Positions 42,188 to 52,366 of a DNA stretch of 64,000 bases are shown here, in pieces (positions within the stretch are counted from its first letter, which is position 1; each line of letters starts with the position of its first letter). The DNA comes from an uncultured Alphaproteobacteria bacterium. GTDB taxonomy: Bacteria; Pseudomonadota; Alphaproteobacteria; Rhizobiales; Beijerinckiaceae. Both the position numbers and the translations under genes were made by a program. The notes beneath the pieces are model-generated. The model was given only the letters and a program-made list of their open reading frames with translations. It was not told where the DNA came from and searched no databases. The stretch is from contig CAVPXF010000015.1 in the NCBI GenBank assembly GCA_963709655.1, forward strand, positions 4,680-68,679, read 5' to 3'.

Positions 42188-42835
42188 ATGGAGCTGTTCT
42201 TTTCCCCGCTCGCCTGCTCGATGTCGGGCCGAATTGCGCTCGCCGAGGCCGGCGCGGAGGTCACATTGATCGAGGTCGATCCGCTGACGAAGCGCCTCAT
42301 CGCCAGCGGCGAAGACTATCGCGCCGTCAACCCGCTCGGCTACGTGCCGGCGCTGCGGCTCGACGACGGAACCGTCCTGACCGAGAACGCCGCCATCCTG
42401 AACTACATCGCCGACGCGTACCCTTCGGCGGCCCTCGCGCCGCCCGAGTCCGACCCCGTGGGGCGGGCGAAGCTTCGCCAATGGCTGAGCTTTGTCGGCA
42501 CGGAACTGCACAAGGGCCTGATGATTCCGCTGCTCGGCCGCGACACGCCGCCAGAGGTCAAAGCCTGGGCGCTCGCCAAATACGGCTCACGCCTCGCCTA
42601 TCTCGACGACAGGCTCGCGGGCCGGGAGTTTCTTCTCGACCGCTTCAGCGTCGCCGACGCCTATCTCGCGACCGTGCTGAACTGGACCCAGGCGACGCCG
42701 GAAATCGACCTCGCGTCGTATCCGAACGTGAGAGCCTATCTCGAGCGGTTGCGCGCGCGCCCAAGCGTCGCCGCCGCGCTGGCCGAGGAGGTTCCCCTGT
42801 TCCGGGCCGAGATGGCGAGGAGGAAGGCGGCGTAG
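42188..42835 (+). CDS. Glutathione S-transferase (beta class-like)
   Basis: SPLACS, NPLGYVPAL, LTENAAIL, TELHK, FSVADAYL. Confidence 0.92.
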   Translation: MELFFSPLACSMSGRIALAEAGAEVTLIEVDPLTKRLIASGEDYRAVNPLGYVPALRLDDGTVLTENAAILNYIADAYPSAALAPPESDPVGRAKLRQWLSFVGTELHKGLMIPLLGRDTPPEVKAWALAKYGSRLAYLDDRLAGREFLLDRFSVADAYLATVLNWTQATPEIDLASYPNVRAYLERLRARPSVAAALAEEVPLFRAEMARRKAA

Positions 42836-42848
42836 AACGGAGGCCGGA

Positions 42849-43247
42849 TCAACTCCAATCCTCGCAGCGCAAGCCGTCGACGCGATCGAACTCGCCTCGG
42901 TTGCCGGTCACAACGATAAGGCCACGGCTTCGGGCGTGGCCGGCGATCAGGACGTCATAACCGCCGATTGAGCGTCCCTGTCGCTCGAGCGATGCCCGAA
43001 TATCCGCCGCGTGATCGGCCGCCGCGGCGTCGAACGGCAGGACTTCAAACCTCGCCGCGAAGTTCTCGATCTCCCGACGATTGTGCTCTGGGCGCGCCGA
43101 CTTCGCGGCTCCATGCAGCAATTCAGTCAGCACAATGGTCGAGATCGCCAGCCCGTCCGCGTCACGGTTGAAACGATCCCGCAGGGACGGCGACCGGTCT
43201 CTCAAGACCCGGATGCATAGGTTCGTGTCGAGCAGGAAACGCAGCAT
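42849..43247 (-). CDS. vapC: VapC toxin (enteric tRNA-fMet nuclease type)
   Basis: LLDTNLCI, ELLHGA, IGGYDVLIAGHARS, VTGNRGEFDRVDGL. Confidence 0.92.
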   Translation of the reverse strand: MLRFLLDTNLCIRVLRDRSPSLRDRFNRDADGLAISTIVLTELLHGAAKSARPEHNRREIENFAARFEVLPFDAAAADHAADIRASLERQGRSIGGYDVLIAGHARSRGLIVVTGNRGEFDRVDGLRCEDWS

Positions 43248-43468
43248 CAGAGCGGATCGCGCTCCTGGGCTCGTGGCTGCTCGCGCAGAGGCAGATCAAT
43301 CCCCGGCGCGTCGAAGAAGTCGTCCCACATCGAATTGGCGGGGACGATCACGCGGCGCACGCCTTCGCGAAGGATCGTCACATCGCGGACACTCTCCGGG
43401 AATGCGACGTCCTTCGGCAGGCGAACGGCCTGGGAGCGGTTGGATCGAAAAAGCCTTGTGCGAGCCAT
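43247..43468 (-). CDS. vapB: VapB antitoxin (AbrB/SpoVT)
   Basis: LFRSNRSQAVRLPKDVAFP, WDDFF. Confidence 0.92.
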   Translation of the reverse strand: MARTRLFRSNRSQAVRLPKDVAFPESVRDVTILREGVRRVIVPANSMWDDFFDAPGIDLPLREQPRAQERDPL

Positions 43469-43508
43469 GGGCGCGCTCCAATTCAGCTCAACTTTGACGA
43501 GGGCGAGA

Positions 43509-43529
43509 GGATATGTCAATGGGATATCC
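43509..43529. promoter_or_regulatory. vapBC operator-like inverted repeat
   Basis: GGATAT-N9-ATATCC containing minus-strand TTGACA. Confidence 0.6.
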
Positions 43530-43822
43530 AAATCGAGAGGAATGACAATGGCGGGCGTTCCCCGCCGCAACGGCCTCGGCCCCACCGTCGTCGCCTTCCA
43601 GGCCGTCGCACGAAGCCTGGCGATCACGCGGTGTTCCTTTGAACTCTCCCTTGATGGATTGCCGGCAACGCCATAGGCGCCGACCGGCGCTTCTCCCGCG
43701 GCGCAGATGCGCTACCCGCTGCGCGGCCGGCGTGTCATAAGGAGCGGCCGCCCCGTCCTCTCGCGCCGATCGTTCGGCGCCTCGTCGGGCGCGCGGGTCG
43801 AGCGAGGGCCGTTGGCGGGGAC

Positions 43823-44014
43823 ATGTCGGGATCGGGCGAATTCACGACCTGGGTCGCATTGGCCGCCGCCGCCGTCGCGGCGGGGCTCTGCTGGCTATTC
43901 TCGTCGTCGCCGTGGATCCTGATCCCGGCGGCGCTCGCAGGCGCCGCGCTCGGCTATTGGGCCGAACGCGCCGGCCGGCGTTGGCTCGGCCAGCGTTTCT
44001 CGGAAGGCCCCTAG
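43823..44014 (+). CDS. Small 2-TM membrane protein
   Basis: 63 aa, two hydrophobic helices. Confidence 0.55.
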   Translation: MSGSGEFTTWVALAAAAVAAGLCWLFSSSPWILIPAALAGAALGYWAERAGRRWLGQRFSEGP

Positions 44015-44075
44015 CCCCTCTCCCCGGAGCGCGTCTGAAAGGACGCCCGTCTTTCGACGGGCTCTGCCGTGAGGG
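44015..44075. repeat. Palindromic repeat with GACGCCCGTCTTTCGACGGGC insert
   Basis: Related in inverted orientation to 56343-56424. Confidence 0.6.
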
Positions 44076-44089
44076 TTCGCCGCGATTGC

Positions 44090-47044
44090 CTACTCCGCCG
44101 CGCTCTGCCGCGCCTTCGCCCCCTTCCGCGCCAGCACCGGCTTAAGGTACTGGCCGGTGTAGCTGCGCGGATTGCGGGCGATCTGCTCGGGCGTGCCCTG
44201 CGCCACCACCTCGCCGCCCCCGTCGCCGCCCTCGGGCCCCATGTCGATGATCCAGTCAGCGGTCTTCACGACCTCCAGATTGTGCTCGATGACGATCATG
44301 GTGTTGCCTTGGTCGACCAGCTCGTGCAGCACGTCGAGCAGTTGCGCCACGTCGTGGAAGTGCAGGCCCGTCGTGGGCTCGTCGAGGATGTAAAGCGTGC
44401 GGCCGGTCGAGCGGCGCGCCAGCTCCTTGGCGAGCTTCACCCTCTGCGCTTCGCCCCCCGACAGCGTGGTCGCCTGCTGGCCGACCTTGACGTAAGCAAG
44501 GCCCACGCGCTTCAAGGTCTCCATCTTGTCGCGAATGGAGGGCACCGCCTTGAACAGGTCCGCCGCCTCCTCGACCGTCATGTCGAGCACGTCGGCGATC
44601 GACTTGTCGCGGTAGCGCACCTCCAGCGTCTCGCGGTCGTAGCGCTTGCCCTTGCACACGTCGCAGGTAACGTAGACGTCGGGCAGAAAGTGCATCTCGA
44701 TCTTGATCACGCCGTCGCCCTGGCAGGCCTCGCATCGCCCGCCCTTGACGTTGAACGAGAAGCGCCCCGGCAGATAGCCGCGCGCCTTGGCCTCCGGAAG
44801 GCCGGCGAACCAGTCGCGGATAGGGGTGAATGCCCCCGTGTAGGTGGCGGGGTTCGAGCGTGGCGTGCGGCCGATCGGCGACTGGTCGATATCGATCACC
44901 TTGTCGATCGCCTCGAGCCCCTCGATCCGCTCGTGCGGCGCAGGCGGGTCGCTGGCCCCGTTCAGATGGCGCGCCGCGGCCTTGTAGAGCGTATCGATGA
45001 CCAGCGTCGACTTGCCGCCGCCCGAGACGCCGGTCACGCAGGTGAAGAGCCCAAGCGGCGCCTCGACCGTGACGTTTTTGAGGTTGTTGCCGCGCGCCCC
45101 GACGATTTTCAGCGCCTTGCCCGGCGCCGGGGCGCGGCGCTTGGCCGGGATCGTCACCGTCCGCTCGCCCGACAGATAGTGGCCGGTCAGCGAATTGGGG
45201 TTGGCGGCGACGTCTTGCGGCGTCCCCTTGGCGACGATCTCTCCGCCATGCACGCCCGCGCCCGGGCCGACGTCGACCACGTAATCGGCGGCCCAGATCG
45301 CGTCCTCGTCGTGCTCGACCACGATCACCGTGTTGCCGAGATTCCTGAGCCTTCGCAGGGTGTCGAGCAGCCGCGCATTGTCGCGCTGGTGCAGGCCGAT
45401 CGACGGCTCGTCCAGCACATAGAGGACGCCGGTGAGGCCGGACCCGATCTGCGAGGCGAGGCGGATGCGCTGGCTTTCGCCGCCCGACAGCGTGCCGGAC
45501 GAGCGCGCCAGCGTCAGATAGTCGAGCCCGACGTCGCGCAGGAAGACGAGGCGGTCGACGATCTCCTTCAGGATGCGATGGGCGATCTCGTTGCGCTTGG
45601 CGTCGAGCTTTTGCGGCAGCCCTTCGGCCCAGCCGACCGCCGCCTTGACCGAGAGCAGGCTCACTTCGCCGATGTGCTGGCCGTCGATCTTGACCGCCAG
45701 CGCCTCGGGCTTGAGGCGGAAGCCGTGACAGGCCTCGCACGGCGTCGCGCTCATGTAGCGCTGGATCTCTTCGCGCGACCACTCGCTCTCCGTCTCCTTG
45801 TAGCGCCGGTCGAGGTTGGAGACGACGCCCTCGAACGGCTTTCTCACCTCGTACGCGCGCAGGCCGTCGTCGTAGGCGAAGCGGATCTCCTCGGCCCCCG
45901 AGCCGTAGAGGATGGCGTGGCGCGCCGCTTCGGGCAGCTCGCTCCAGGGCCGATCGAGCCGGAACTTGTAGTGTTTGCCGAGCGCGTCGAGGGTCTGAAG
46001 GTAATAGGGCGAGCTCGACTTCGCCCAGGGGGCGATCGCGCCGCGCTTCAGCGTCAGCTTCGGGTCCGGGACGACCAGCGACGGATCGACGCGCAGCTCC
46101 GAGCCAAGCCCGCCGCAGACCGGGCAGGCGCCGTGCGGGTTGTTGAAGGAGAACAATCGCGGCTCGATCTCGGCGATGGTGAAGCCTGAGACCGGACAGG
46201 CGAACTTCGAGGAGAAGAGGATGCGCTTCGGCTCGCTCTCGCCTTCGGCCTTGTCGGCGAATTCGATCACCGCCAGTCCGTCCGCCAACTCCAGCGCCGT
46301 CTCGAAACTCTCGGCGAGCCGCGCCGCCATGTCGGGGCGCACGACAATGCGGTCGACCACCACCTCGACGTCGTGCTTGAGCTTCTTGTCGAGCGCCGGC
46401 GCGTCGGCGATCTCGTAAAACTGGCCGTCGATCTTGAGGCGCTGGAAGCCGCGCTTCATCCACTCCGCGATCTCCTTGCGGTATTCGCCCTTGCGGCCGC
46501 GCACGACCGGGGCCAGCAGATAGAGCCGCGTGCGCTCCGGCAGGGCGAGCACGCGGTCGACCATCTGGCTCACCGTCTGGCTCTCGATCGGCAGGCCGGT
46601 CGCCGGCGAATAGGGGATGCCGACCCGCGCCCAGAGCAGGCGCATGTAATCGTGGATCTCGGTCACGGTGCCGACGGTCGAGCGCGGGTTCTTCGAGGTC
46701 GTCTTCTGCTCGATGGCGATGGCGGGCGACAGGCCGTCGATCTGGTCGACGTCCGGCTTCTGCATCATCTCGAGGAACTGGCGGGCGTAGGCCGAGAGCG
46801 ACTCGACATAGCGCCGCTGGCCTTCGGCGTAGATCGTGTCGAAGGCCAGCGACGACTTGCCCGAGCCGGAGAGGCCGGTGAACACCACCAGCCTGTCGCG
46901 CGGGATGGCCAGATCGACGTTCTTCAGGTTGTGCTCGCGCGCGCCGCGCACGACGATCGCCCGGCCGCCGAACAGGGGCTCGACCGCGGCGCCGTCGCGC
47001 GCGGGCGTTGTCGGAAAACTGCGCTTGTCGTCGGCGCGGGCCAT
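44090..47044 (-). CDS. uvrA: Excinuclease ABC subunit A
   Basis: GAREHNLK, two Walker A motifs ([18 protein letters not shown]), LSGGE, zinc fingers. Confidence 0.98.
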   Translation of the reverse strand: MARADDKRSFPTTPARDGAAVEPLFGGRAIVVRGAREHNLKNVDLAIPRDRLVVFTGLSGSGKSSLAFDTIYAEGQRRYVESLSAYARQFLEMMQKPDVDQIDGLSPAIAIEQKTTSKNPRSTVGTVTEIHDYMRLLWARVGIPYSPATGLPIESQTVSQMVDRVLALPERTRLYLLAPVVRGRKGEYRKEIAEWMKRGFQRLKIDGQFYEIADAPALDKKLKHDVEVVVDRIVVRPDMAARLAESFETALELADGLAVIEFADKAEGESEPKRILFSSKFACPVSGFTIAEIEPRLFSFNNPHGACPVCGGLGSELRVDPSLVVPDPKLTLKRGAIAPWAKSSSPYYLQTLDALGKHYKFRLDRPWSELPEAARHAILYGSGAEEIRFAYDDGLRAYEVRKPFEGVVSNLDRRYKETESEWSREEIQRYMSATPCEACHGFRLKPEALAVKIDGQHIGEVSLLSVKAAVGWAEGLPQKLDAKRNEIAHRILKEIVDRLVFLRDVGLDYLTLARSSGTLSGGESQRIRLASQIGSGLTGVLYVLDEPSIGLHQRDNARLLDTLRRLRNLGNTVIVVEHDEDAIWAADYVVDVGPGAGVHGGEIVAKGTPQDVAANPNSLTGHYLSGERTVTIPAKRRAPAPGKALKIVGARGNNLKNVTVEAPLGLFTCVTGVSGGGKSTLVIDTLYKAAARHLNGASDPPAPHERIEGLEAIDKVIDIDQSPIGRTPRSNPATYTGAFTPIRDWFAGLPEAKARGYLPGRFSFNVKGGRCEACQGDGVIKIEMHFLPDVYVTCDVCKGKRYDRETLEVRYRDKSIADVLDMTVEEAADLFKAVPSIRDKMETLKRVGLAYVKVGQQATTLSGGEAQRVKLAKELARRSTGRTLYILDEPTTGLHFHDVAQLLDVLHELVDQGNTMIVIEHNLEVVKTADWIIDMGPEGGDGGGEVVAQGTPEQIARNPRSYTGQYLKPVLARKGAKARQSAAE

Positions 47045-47111
47045 GGATCCTCGATCGAAACTTTGCCATCCTGCAGGGAATCGCGCTTGCGCGGCCCCTG
47101 GGCCGATGCTA

Positions 47112-47126
47112 GAACAAAAACGGAAC
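47112..47126. promoter_or_regulatory. Alphaproteobacterial LexA (SOS) box
   Basis: GAAC-AAAAACG-GAAC between divergent uvrA and ssb. Confidence 0.88.
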
Positions 47127-47299
47127 GCAGGGAAGGCGCGCCTGACCCCGCGAGGCGACTAATGTAGGCGCAGAGGCGCGGGTTCCCAAGCGGCGGCCGC
47201 GACCGTTTGTGGACAAGTGGCGCGGCGGGACGTTTCCGCGCGTCGCGCCCGGCGCGTTGGGCTATTTGTAGCCGCGCTCGGCGCGCCGCCAGGGGCGGC

Positions 47300-47349
47300 T
47301 GTAGCCGCGGTCGCTGACCGCGGCGGCGCGGTCAGCGACCGCGCCTACA
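47300..47349. repeat. Inverted pair of GTAG-type REP sequences (REPIN-like)
   Basis: TGTAG-CCGCGGTCGCTGACCGCGG-CGG-CGCGGTCAGCGACCGCG-CCTACA. Confidence 0.7.
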
Positions 47350-47408
47350 AGGGCGGCGGGCGAGGTCGGCGACCCCGCCCTAAAGACACAAGCGTTAAGG
47401 AGGTCCCC

Positions 47409-47915
47409 ATGGCGGGCAGCGTCAACAAAGTGATCCTGATCGGCAACCTCGGCGCCGACCCGGAAGTGCGGCGGCTCAATTCGGGCGACCAGGTGGTGAA
47501 CATGCGCGTCGCCACGACCGAGACCTGGCGCGACAAGCAGAGCGGCGAGCGCAAGGAGCGCACCGAGTGGCACAACGTCGTGATCTTCAACGACAATCTC
47601 GGCAAGATCGCGGAGCAGTACTGCAAGAAGGGCACCAAGGTGTACCTCGAGGGCCAGTTGCAGACCCGCAAGTGGCAGGACCAGAGCGGCCAGGACAAGT
47701 ACACGACCGAGGTGGTGCTGCAGCGCTTCCGCGGCGAACTGACGCTGCTCGACTCGCGCGGCGGCGGCGGGGATCGCGACAGCTTCCCCGACGACGGCGT
47801 CGCGCGCCCAAGCTTCGGTCGCCCTTCCGCCGGCGGAGGCGACCGCCGGCCGGCGATCCCCTCCGGCGGCGCAGGCGGTGGGGCCGGCCCGATCGACGAC
47901 GACATCCCGTTTTAA
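47409..47915 (+). CDS. ssb: Single-stranded DNA-binding protein
   Basis: [19 protein letters not shown]-terminal DDDIPF; AAGGAGG RBS. Confidence 0.98.
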   Translation: MAGSVNKVILIGNLGADPEVRRLNSGDQVVNMRVATTETWRDKQSGERKERTEWHNVVIFNDNLGKIAEQYCKKGTKVYLEGQLQTRKWQDQSGQDKYTTEVVLQRFRGELTLLDSRGGGGDRDSFPDDGVARPSFGRPSAGGGDRRPAIPSGGAGGGAGPIDDDIPF

Positions 47916-48038
47916 GACGCGGACTCCTTGCTGGACCGCTGGGCGGTTGGTTGTCCGGGTGAATTGAAGTAGTCGTGTCTTTCCGCGGGGCAGGAGCGCT
48001 GTCCGTTTCAGCGCTGCTTCTGCGAAGGACTGGCCAGA

Positions 48039-49178
48039 ATGGACACGTTTGTCACCGGTCCCGGCATTCATCCGGGCGACTGCCTCTGGTCCCGAAATCT
48101 AGGCCCGCATCAATGGGCGTTCGATTGCCCGGAAAGCCGTTATTTTACGATCGCGATCCTCGGCGACGGCGACGGCGCTGAAACCGATCGAACTCTCCAG
48201 CGGTTCGGCGCCTGTCGGCGTCTGGTCGACAGCGGCAAAGCCTATATGTTCGCCGCGGTCCCCGACCCCCGCTCGAACAGCGAATTGGAACAGCGGTTTC
48301 CCTGGATTCGCTTTCTCTGGGAAGCCGACGGTCTGGCGCGCGCTTGCGGGGCGGGGCCGCAAGGCCTGTGGTTGATCGCCGACCCGATGCAGACGATCAT
48401 AAAGGTGGGCGCCCTGGCGGACAGCGACCAAGCGTTTCGCCGCCTGGAAGGGCTGCCGGCGCTCAAGACGGCTTCTGGCGGCTCGGCGCCCGCCCCGATC
48501 CTCATTCTTCCCGATGTCCTGGAGGGCGCGTTGTGTAACGCCCTGATTGAGGCATTCGATCGCGAGGGCGGAGCCAGCACCGGCTTCATGCAGGATGTGG
48601 GACGCACATCCGTCCAGCGTCTCGACGCCGAATGGAAACACAGGCGGGACGTCATGCTGTCGGATCCCGCGCTGATTGCAGCCGTGCGGCAACGGATCGG
48701 TCGCAGGGTCTGCCCGGCAATCAAGAAGGCGTTCCAGTTTGTCGCCACGAGAACCGAGCGAGATCTGGTCGCGCGTTACGACGCCGAGTCCGGCGGACAC
48801 TTTGGCCAGCATCGAGACGACACAGGAAATCTGGTTGCGCACCGCAGGTTCGCTGTATCCATTCCGCTGAACGACGAGTTTGACGGGGGTGGGATCACCT
48901 TCCCGGAGTTCGGTCCCAGATCATTCCAAGCGGCGGCGGGATCCGCGATCGTGTTTTCGTGTTCGCTTCTGCACAAGGTTGATCCCGTCACGCGGGGAAC
49001 CCGGTACGTGTTTCTGACCTTCCTGTTCGACGAAGAAGCCGAGCGCCTGCGCGCCGACAATTTCCGGGCGGCCGGCGCGATCGGGGCGCCGCAGGACATG
49101 GCGTCCGCCAAACAGCGCGTCTCCGCGAGCTTCGGCTACGGCGCCGGACTTTTTTCTTCCCACTCGAACGAACGCTGA
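48039..49178 (+). CDS. 2OG-Fe(II) oxygenase with degenerate N-terminal redoxin-like domain
   Basis: HRDDT..RRFAVSI..GGGITFPEF..LLHKVDPVTRGTRY. Confidence 0.8.
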   Translation: MDTFVTGPGIHPGDCLWSRNLGPHQWAFDCPESRYFTIAILGDGDGAETDRTLQRFGACRRLVDSGKAYMFAAVPDPRSNSELEQRFPWIRFLWEADGLARACGAGPQGLWLIADPMQTIIKVGALADSDQAFRRLEGLPALKTASGGSAPAPILILPDVLEGALCNALIEAFDREGGASTGFMQDVGRTSVQRLDAEWKHRRDVMLSDPALIAAVRQRIGRRVCPAIKKAFQFVATRTERDLVARYDAESGGHFGQHRDDTGNLVAHRRFAVSIPLNDEFDGGGITFPEFGPRSFQAAAGSAIVFSCSLLHKVDPVTRGTRYVFLTFLFDEEAERLRADNFRAAGAIGAPQDMASAKQRVSASFGYGAGLFSSHSNER

Positions 49179-49300
49179 TGGACCGGCGCCTAGCGTTTGG
49201 GCGGGGCCGCGGCTATCGACCTTAGCCGCAGCGCTCCCGATTGAGGTCCAGCGCGACACTCCTTACATATTGAGCACGAAGAATCGAACGGTGGAACTCC

Positions 49301-49780
49301 ATGCCCATTTCTTCCGATATTCTGCTGACCACCATCGACGGCAAGGCCGAAACGCTCGGCGCTTTCGACGGCGAGGCGCTGCTGATCGTCAATGTCGCCA
49401 GCAAATGCGCCTTCACCCCGCAGTACGAGGCGCTCGAGGCGCTCCACCAGCGGTTCCGCAACCGAGGTTTCGCCGTGCTCGGCTTTCCCTGCGACCAGTT
49501 CGGCCATCAGGAGCCGGGCGACGAACACGAGATCGCCAGCTTCTGCAAGCTGACCTACGACGTGAGCTTCCCGATGTTCGCCAAGATCGAGGTCAACGGC
49601 GAGGGTGCGCATCCGTTGTACCGCGCGCTGAAAAGCCAAGCGCCGGGCCTCCTCGGGACCGAAGCGATCAAGTGGAACTTCACTAAGTTCCTGCTCGACC
49701 GAAACCACACCGTCGTGCGCCGCTACGCCCCGACCGACAAGCCCGAAAAAATGGGCCTCGACATCGAGGCGGCGCTGTAG
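49301..49780 (+). CDS. Glutathione peroxidase
   Basis: VNVASKC, LGFPCDQFG, IKWNFTKFL. Confidence 0.95.
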   Translation: MPISSDILLTTIDGKAETLGAFDGEALLIVNVASKCAFTPQYEALEALHQRFRNRGFAVLGFPCDQFGHQEPGDEHEIASFCKLTYDVSFPMFAKIEVNGEGAHPLYRALKSQAPGLLGTEAIKWNFTKFLLDRNHTVVRRYAPTDKPEKMGLDIEAAL

Positions 49781-49924
49781 AGGATTGCGCGCAGCGGCGG
49801 CGAAAAGAGATCCGAATTTCGGCGCCAGGCGCCCGGATGGCGAGTTGCGCATCGTGGCGTGTGGCGCGAAAGTCGATGGCCTAGGGCTACGCGATCAACG
49901 CGGCGGGCCAGAAGGAGGGTCGCC

Positions 49925-50143
49925 ATGGGTCGCAAGCAATACGCCGTTTACACGGTCCGAGATGAGCCAGCGAGACTTCGGGATCAGCTGGACCACATCG
50001 CTGCCGAAGGGGGGACAGTCGTTAGCGTCATATGGCAACCGGCCAGGCAGGTGACGCTTGAGCCTGGTCTGGCGCCGTATGATGTCACATCGGGCTACGT
50101 CATTGTCTCCGAGCACGAATTGTCGCAGCCGGCGGCCCGATGA
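49925..50143 (+). CDS. Small hypothetical protein (72 aa)
   Basis: AAGGAGG RBS, normal composition. Confidence 0.65.
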   Translation: MGRKQYAVYTVRDEPARLRDQLDHIAAEGGTVVSVIWQPARQVTLEPGLAPYDVTSGYVIVSEHELSQPAAR

Positions 50144-50305
50144 GCGCACTCCTGCCGCCGTTCGTGTCGGCTTTCGAACGATGCCCCCGCGCTGTCGAGG
50201 CGGACCCCGGCGCCTTCGTTCGGGACGAGCGAAAGTCCCAACCACGGCGCGGGCGGGCTGCGCATTTTCTTTACGTAATTCGGCAGATATGCTAGTGTCT
50301 ATTCG

Positions 50306-50984
50306 GTGAGCCGATAATTCGTCCAAGAGGCAGACCCTGACCGACGACCTTGCCAACACCCAGTTTCCGACTTCCGACGCTCCGCCTTCGCCCACGCCAT
50401 CCGCGGGGGCGAAAGCGCGGGCGGCGGCGAAGGCGCGGCGGCTGAAGGAGAACGAGCGGCGCGAGGCCTGCTTCGCCTTTTTCGCCTCGGGCTGGACGCC
50501 CCATGAGATCGCCAAGGTCCTGAAGGTCAGCGCCCCCTGCGTGCGGCGGTGGATCGACCGGGCGATCGGCGAACGGCGACTCGACGCCCCCGACCGCTAC
50601 GCCCACGTCCAGGTCGCGCGGCTGAGCAAGATGCTTTGCGCGCTCGATTCCCAGCTCGAGCGCGGCGAGCTGCGCGCGGCGCCGTCGATGATCAAGGTCG
50701 TCGCGGCGCTCGATCGCTATCGCGGGTTCGACGCCCGTTATCGCCAGCTGGCCTTTCCGGCCCTCGCGCCCGCGTCCGTCCCGGCGATCGAAGCAGGGCC
50801 TGAGCCGGGGATCAGGATGAGGTTCATGGTATGGCCGCTCGGCCAGGCAGTTGCCAGAGACTCGCAAATGGCGCCGCATCTCCTTGAAAACACTCGAAAC
50901 CGAGTTGGAAATGGCAGGCCCGACGCCGAGCTTGACCCGGGATCGCGACGAGGTTCTTGTCATGGCCGCGCGGCTTGGCACTGA
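50306..50984 (+). CDS. HTH protein of the dispersed element family (leaderless GTG, one extra A at 50309)
   Basis: Open frame from 50310: GWTPHEIAKVLKVSAPCVRRWIDRA HTH, VQVARL..GELRA..IKVVAALDRYRGF; promoter TTTACG-17-TAGTGT-7-GTG. Confidence 0.65.
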
Positions 50985-51075
50985 CAAAGTTGCGGGTTTT
51001 GGCGCCTGAGTCCCTGAGAATCGGCCGCGAGCGTCAATCCGCGCGGCCTCCCGCCGTCGGCGCAGCGAGGGGTTC

Positions 51076-51823
51076 ATGTCCAAGGTCGTTCTGGTCACCG
51101 GAGGCTCGCGCGGCATCGGCCGCGCCGTCGCCCTCGCCGCCGGCCGAGGCGGCTGGTCGGTCGGCGTCAACTATCGCGCGGACGCCCACGCCGCCGACGA
51201 GGTCGTCGCGGCCATCGCCAGGCGCCGGCGGACGGGCGGTCGCGCTGAGAGGCGACGTCGCGCTCGAAGCCGACGTCGTCGCGATGTTCGACGCCGCGAC
51301 AAGGGCGCTCGGGCCCTTGAGCGCGGTCGTCGCCAATGCGGGCGTCGCCGCGCCGGTCGCGCGTCTGGCCGACATGAGCGGTGAGCGCCTGCGCCGGATG
51401 CTCGAGGTCAACGTGCTCGGGGCTCTTCTCACCGCGCGCGAGGCGGCGCGGCGGATGTCCCAATCGGCCGGCGGCCTCGGCGGTTCGATCGTGCTGATCT
51501 CCTCGACGGCTTCGCGGCTCGGCGCGCCCAATACCTACGTCGACTACGCCGCCTCGAAGGGCGCCGTCGACACGCTGACCATCGGCCTTGCCAAGGAACT
51601 CGGCCCGGAAGGCGTGCGGGTCAACGCGGTCCGCCCGGGCCTGATCGAAACGGAAATCCACTTGGCGACCGGCGAGCCCGACCGGGCGCTGACGCTCGGC
51701 CGCTCGACGCCGCTGGGCAGGCCGGGAACGCCCGAAGAGGTCGCCGAGGCCGCCCTGTGGCTGATGAGCGACGCCGCGTCCTACGTCACGGGGGCGATCC
51801 TCGACGTCGCCGGGGGACGCTGA
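51076..51823 (+). CDS. SDR family oxidoreductase, +1 frameshift near 51220
   Basis: TGGSRGIG, ANAG, YAASKG, VNAVRPG, YVTGAILDVAGGR. Confidence 0.88.
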
Positions 51824-51896
51824 CGCCGGAGCGCCGACCAGCGCCATTGCTACGGCTTCGGCCGGCTTTCGGCGCGGAGGCGGCTTCGAAAGAGAC

Positions 51897-52067
51897 GCAA
51901 GAAAGCGATCACGGGGCCCGGCTCCTCCCACCGGCCCCGTGATCGCTTCTTTCAGGCGCGTCGGCTCTTGCCCGTTCGCCAACGCACAAAAGCAGCGACC
52001 CGAAAGCCAAGGGGGAACGGCGGAGGCTCCCGGACCGCTGCCTCGCGTCGCATTTCGCGATCGCGAT
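51897..52067 (-). ncRNA. Candidate small RNA (three hairpins, last is a terminator)
   Basis: 17-bp stem pairing fully only on the minus strand (4 G-U pairs), C/U-rich loop with GUUCCCCCUU; class II FixK/Fnr promoter geometry upstream. Confidence 0.6.
51903..51953. terminator. Bidirectional rho-independent terminator-like hairpin
   Basis: Perfect 16-bp stem AAGCGATCACGGGGCC/GGCCCCGTGATCGCTT with T-rich flanks on both strands. Confidence 0.7.
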
Positions 52068-52099
52068 GGCCCTTCTTAAGGCTGCGGCCACAGCCCACA

Positions 52100-52113
52100 T
52101 TGATCCAGCGCAA
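52100..52113. promoter_or_regulatory. FixK/Fnr-type box
   Basis: TTGATCCAGCGCAA matches TTG(A/C)-N6-(T/G)CAA; 21 bp from minus-strand TAAGAA. Confidence 0.6.
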
Positions 52114-52325
52114 ATCCCCCGAGAAATAAGGCGCGTCCGCAGTCGCCGATTGCGGTGACGCGCCACATGGCGGGGCGCGCAGAAAACCGGGCCGCGTCGC
52201 GGGCGGCGCCAAGCTCGCCCGACGCCTTTGCTGGCGCGCTGGAGAAGCAGCTCGTGTTTCGGCGCGCCGCCGCACCCCTTAGGCGGGCGCTACGCCCGGG
52301 TTCCCAATTTGCCCGTGCGGACCAT

Positions 52326-52362
52326 GGCCCCTTTCCTTTTTTCCCCGGGAAAGGGGCCTTTT
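52326..52362. terminator. Hairpin downstream of MAPEG gene
   Basis: GGCCCCTTTCC..GGAAAGGGGCC. Confidence 0.5.
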
Positions 52363-52366
52363 CTCT

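Noticed and set aside
44069-47069. Long ORFs 44069-46189 (+) and 44256-47069 (-)
   Set aside because: Shadow frames of uvrA caused by high-GC codon bias; Arg/Pro-rich with no recognisable motifs.
51918-51933. CTCCTCCC loop as a cuckoo/alpha-r14 sRNA on the + strand
   Set aside because: Only one module and no promoter seen; the terminator role explains the hairpin.
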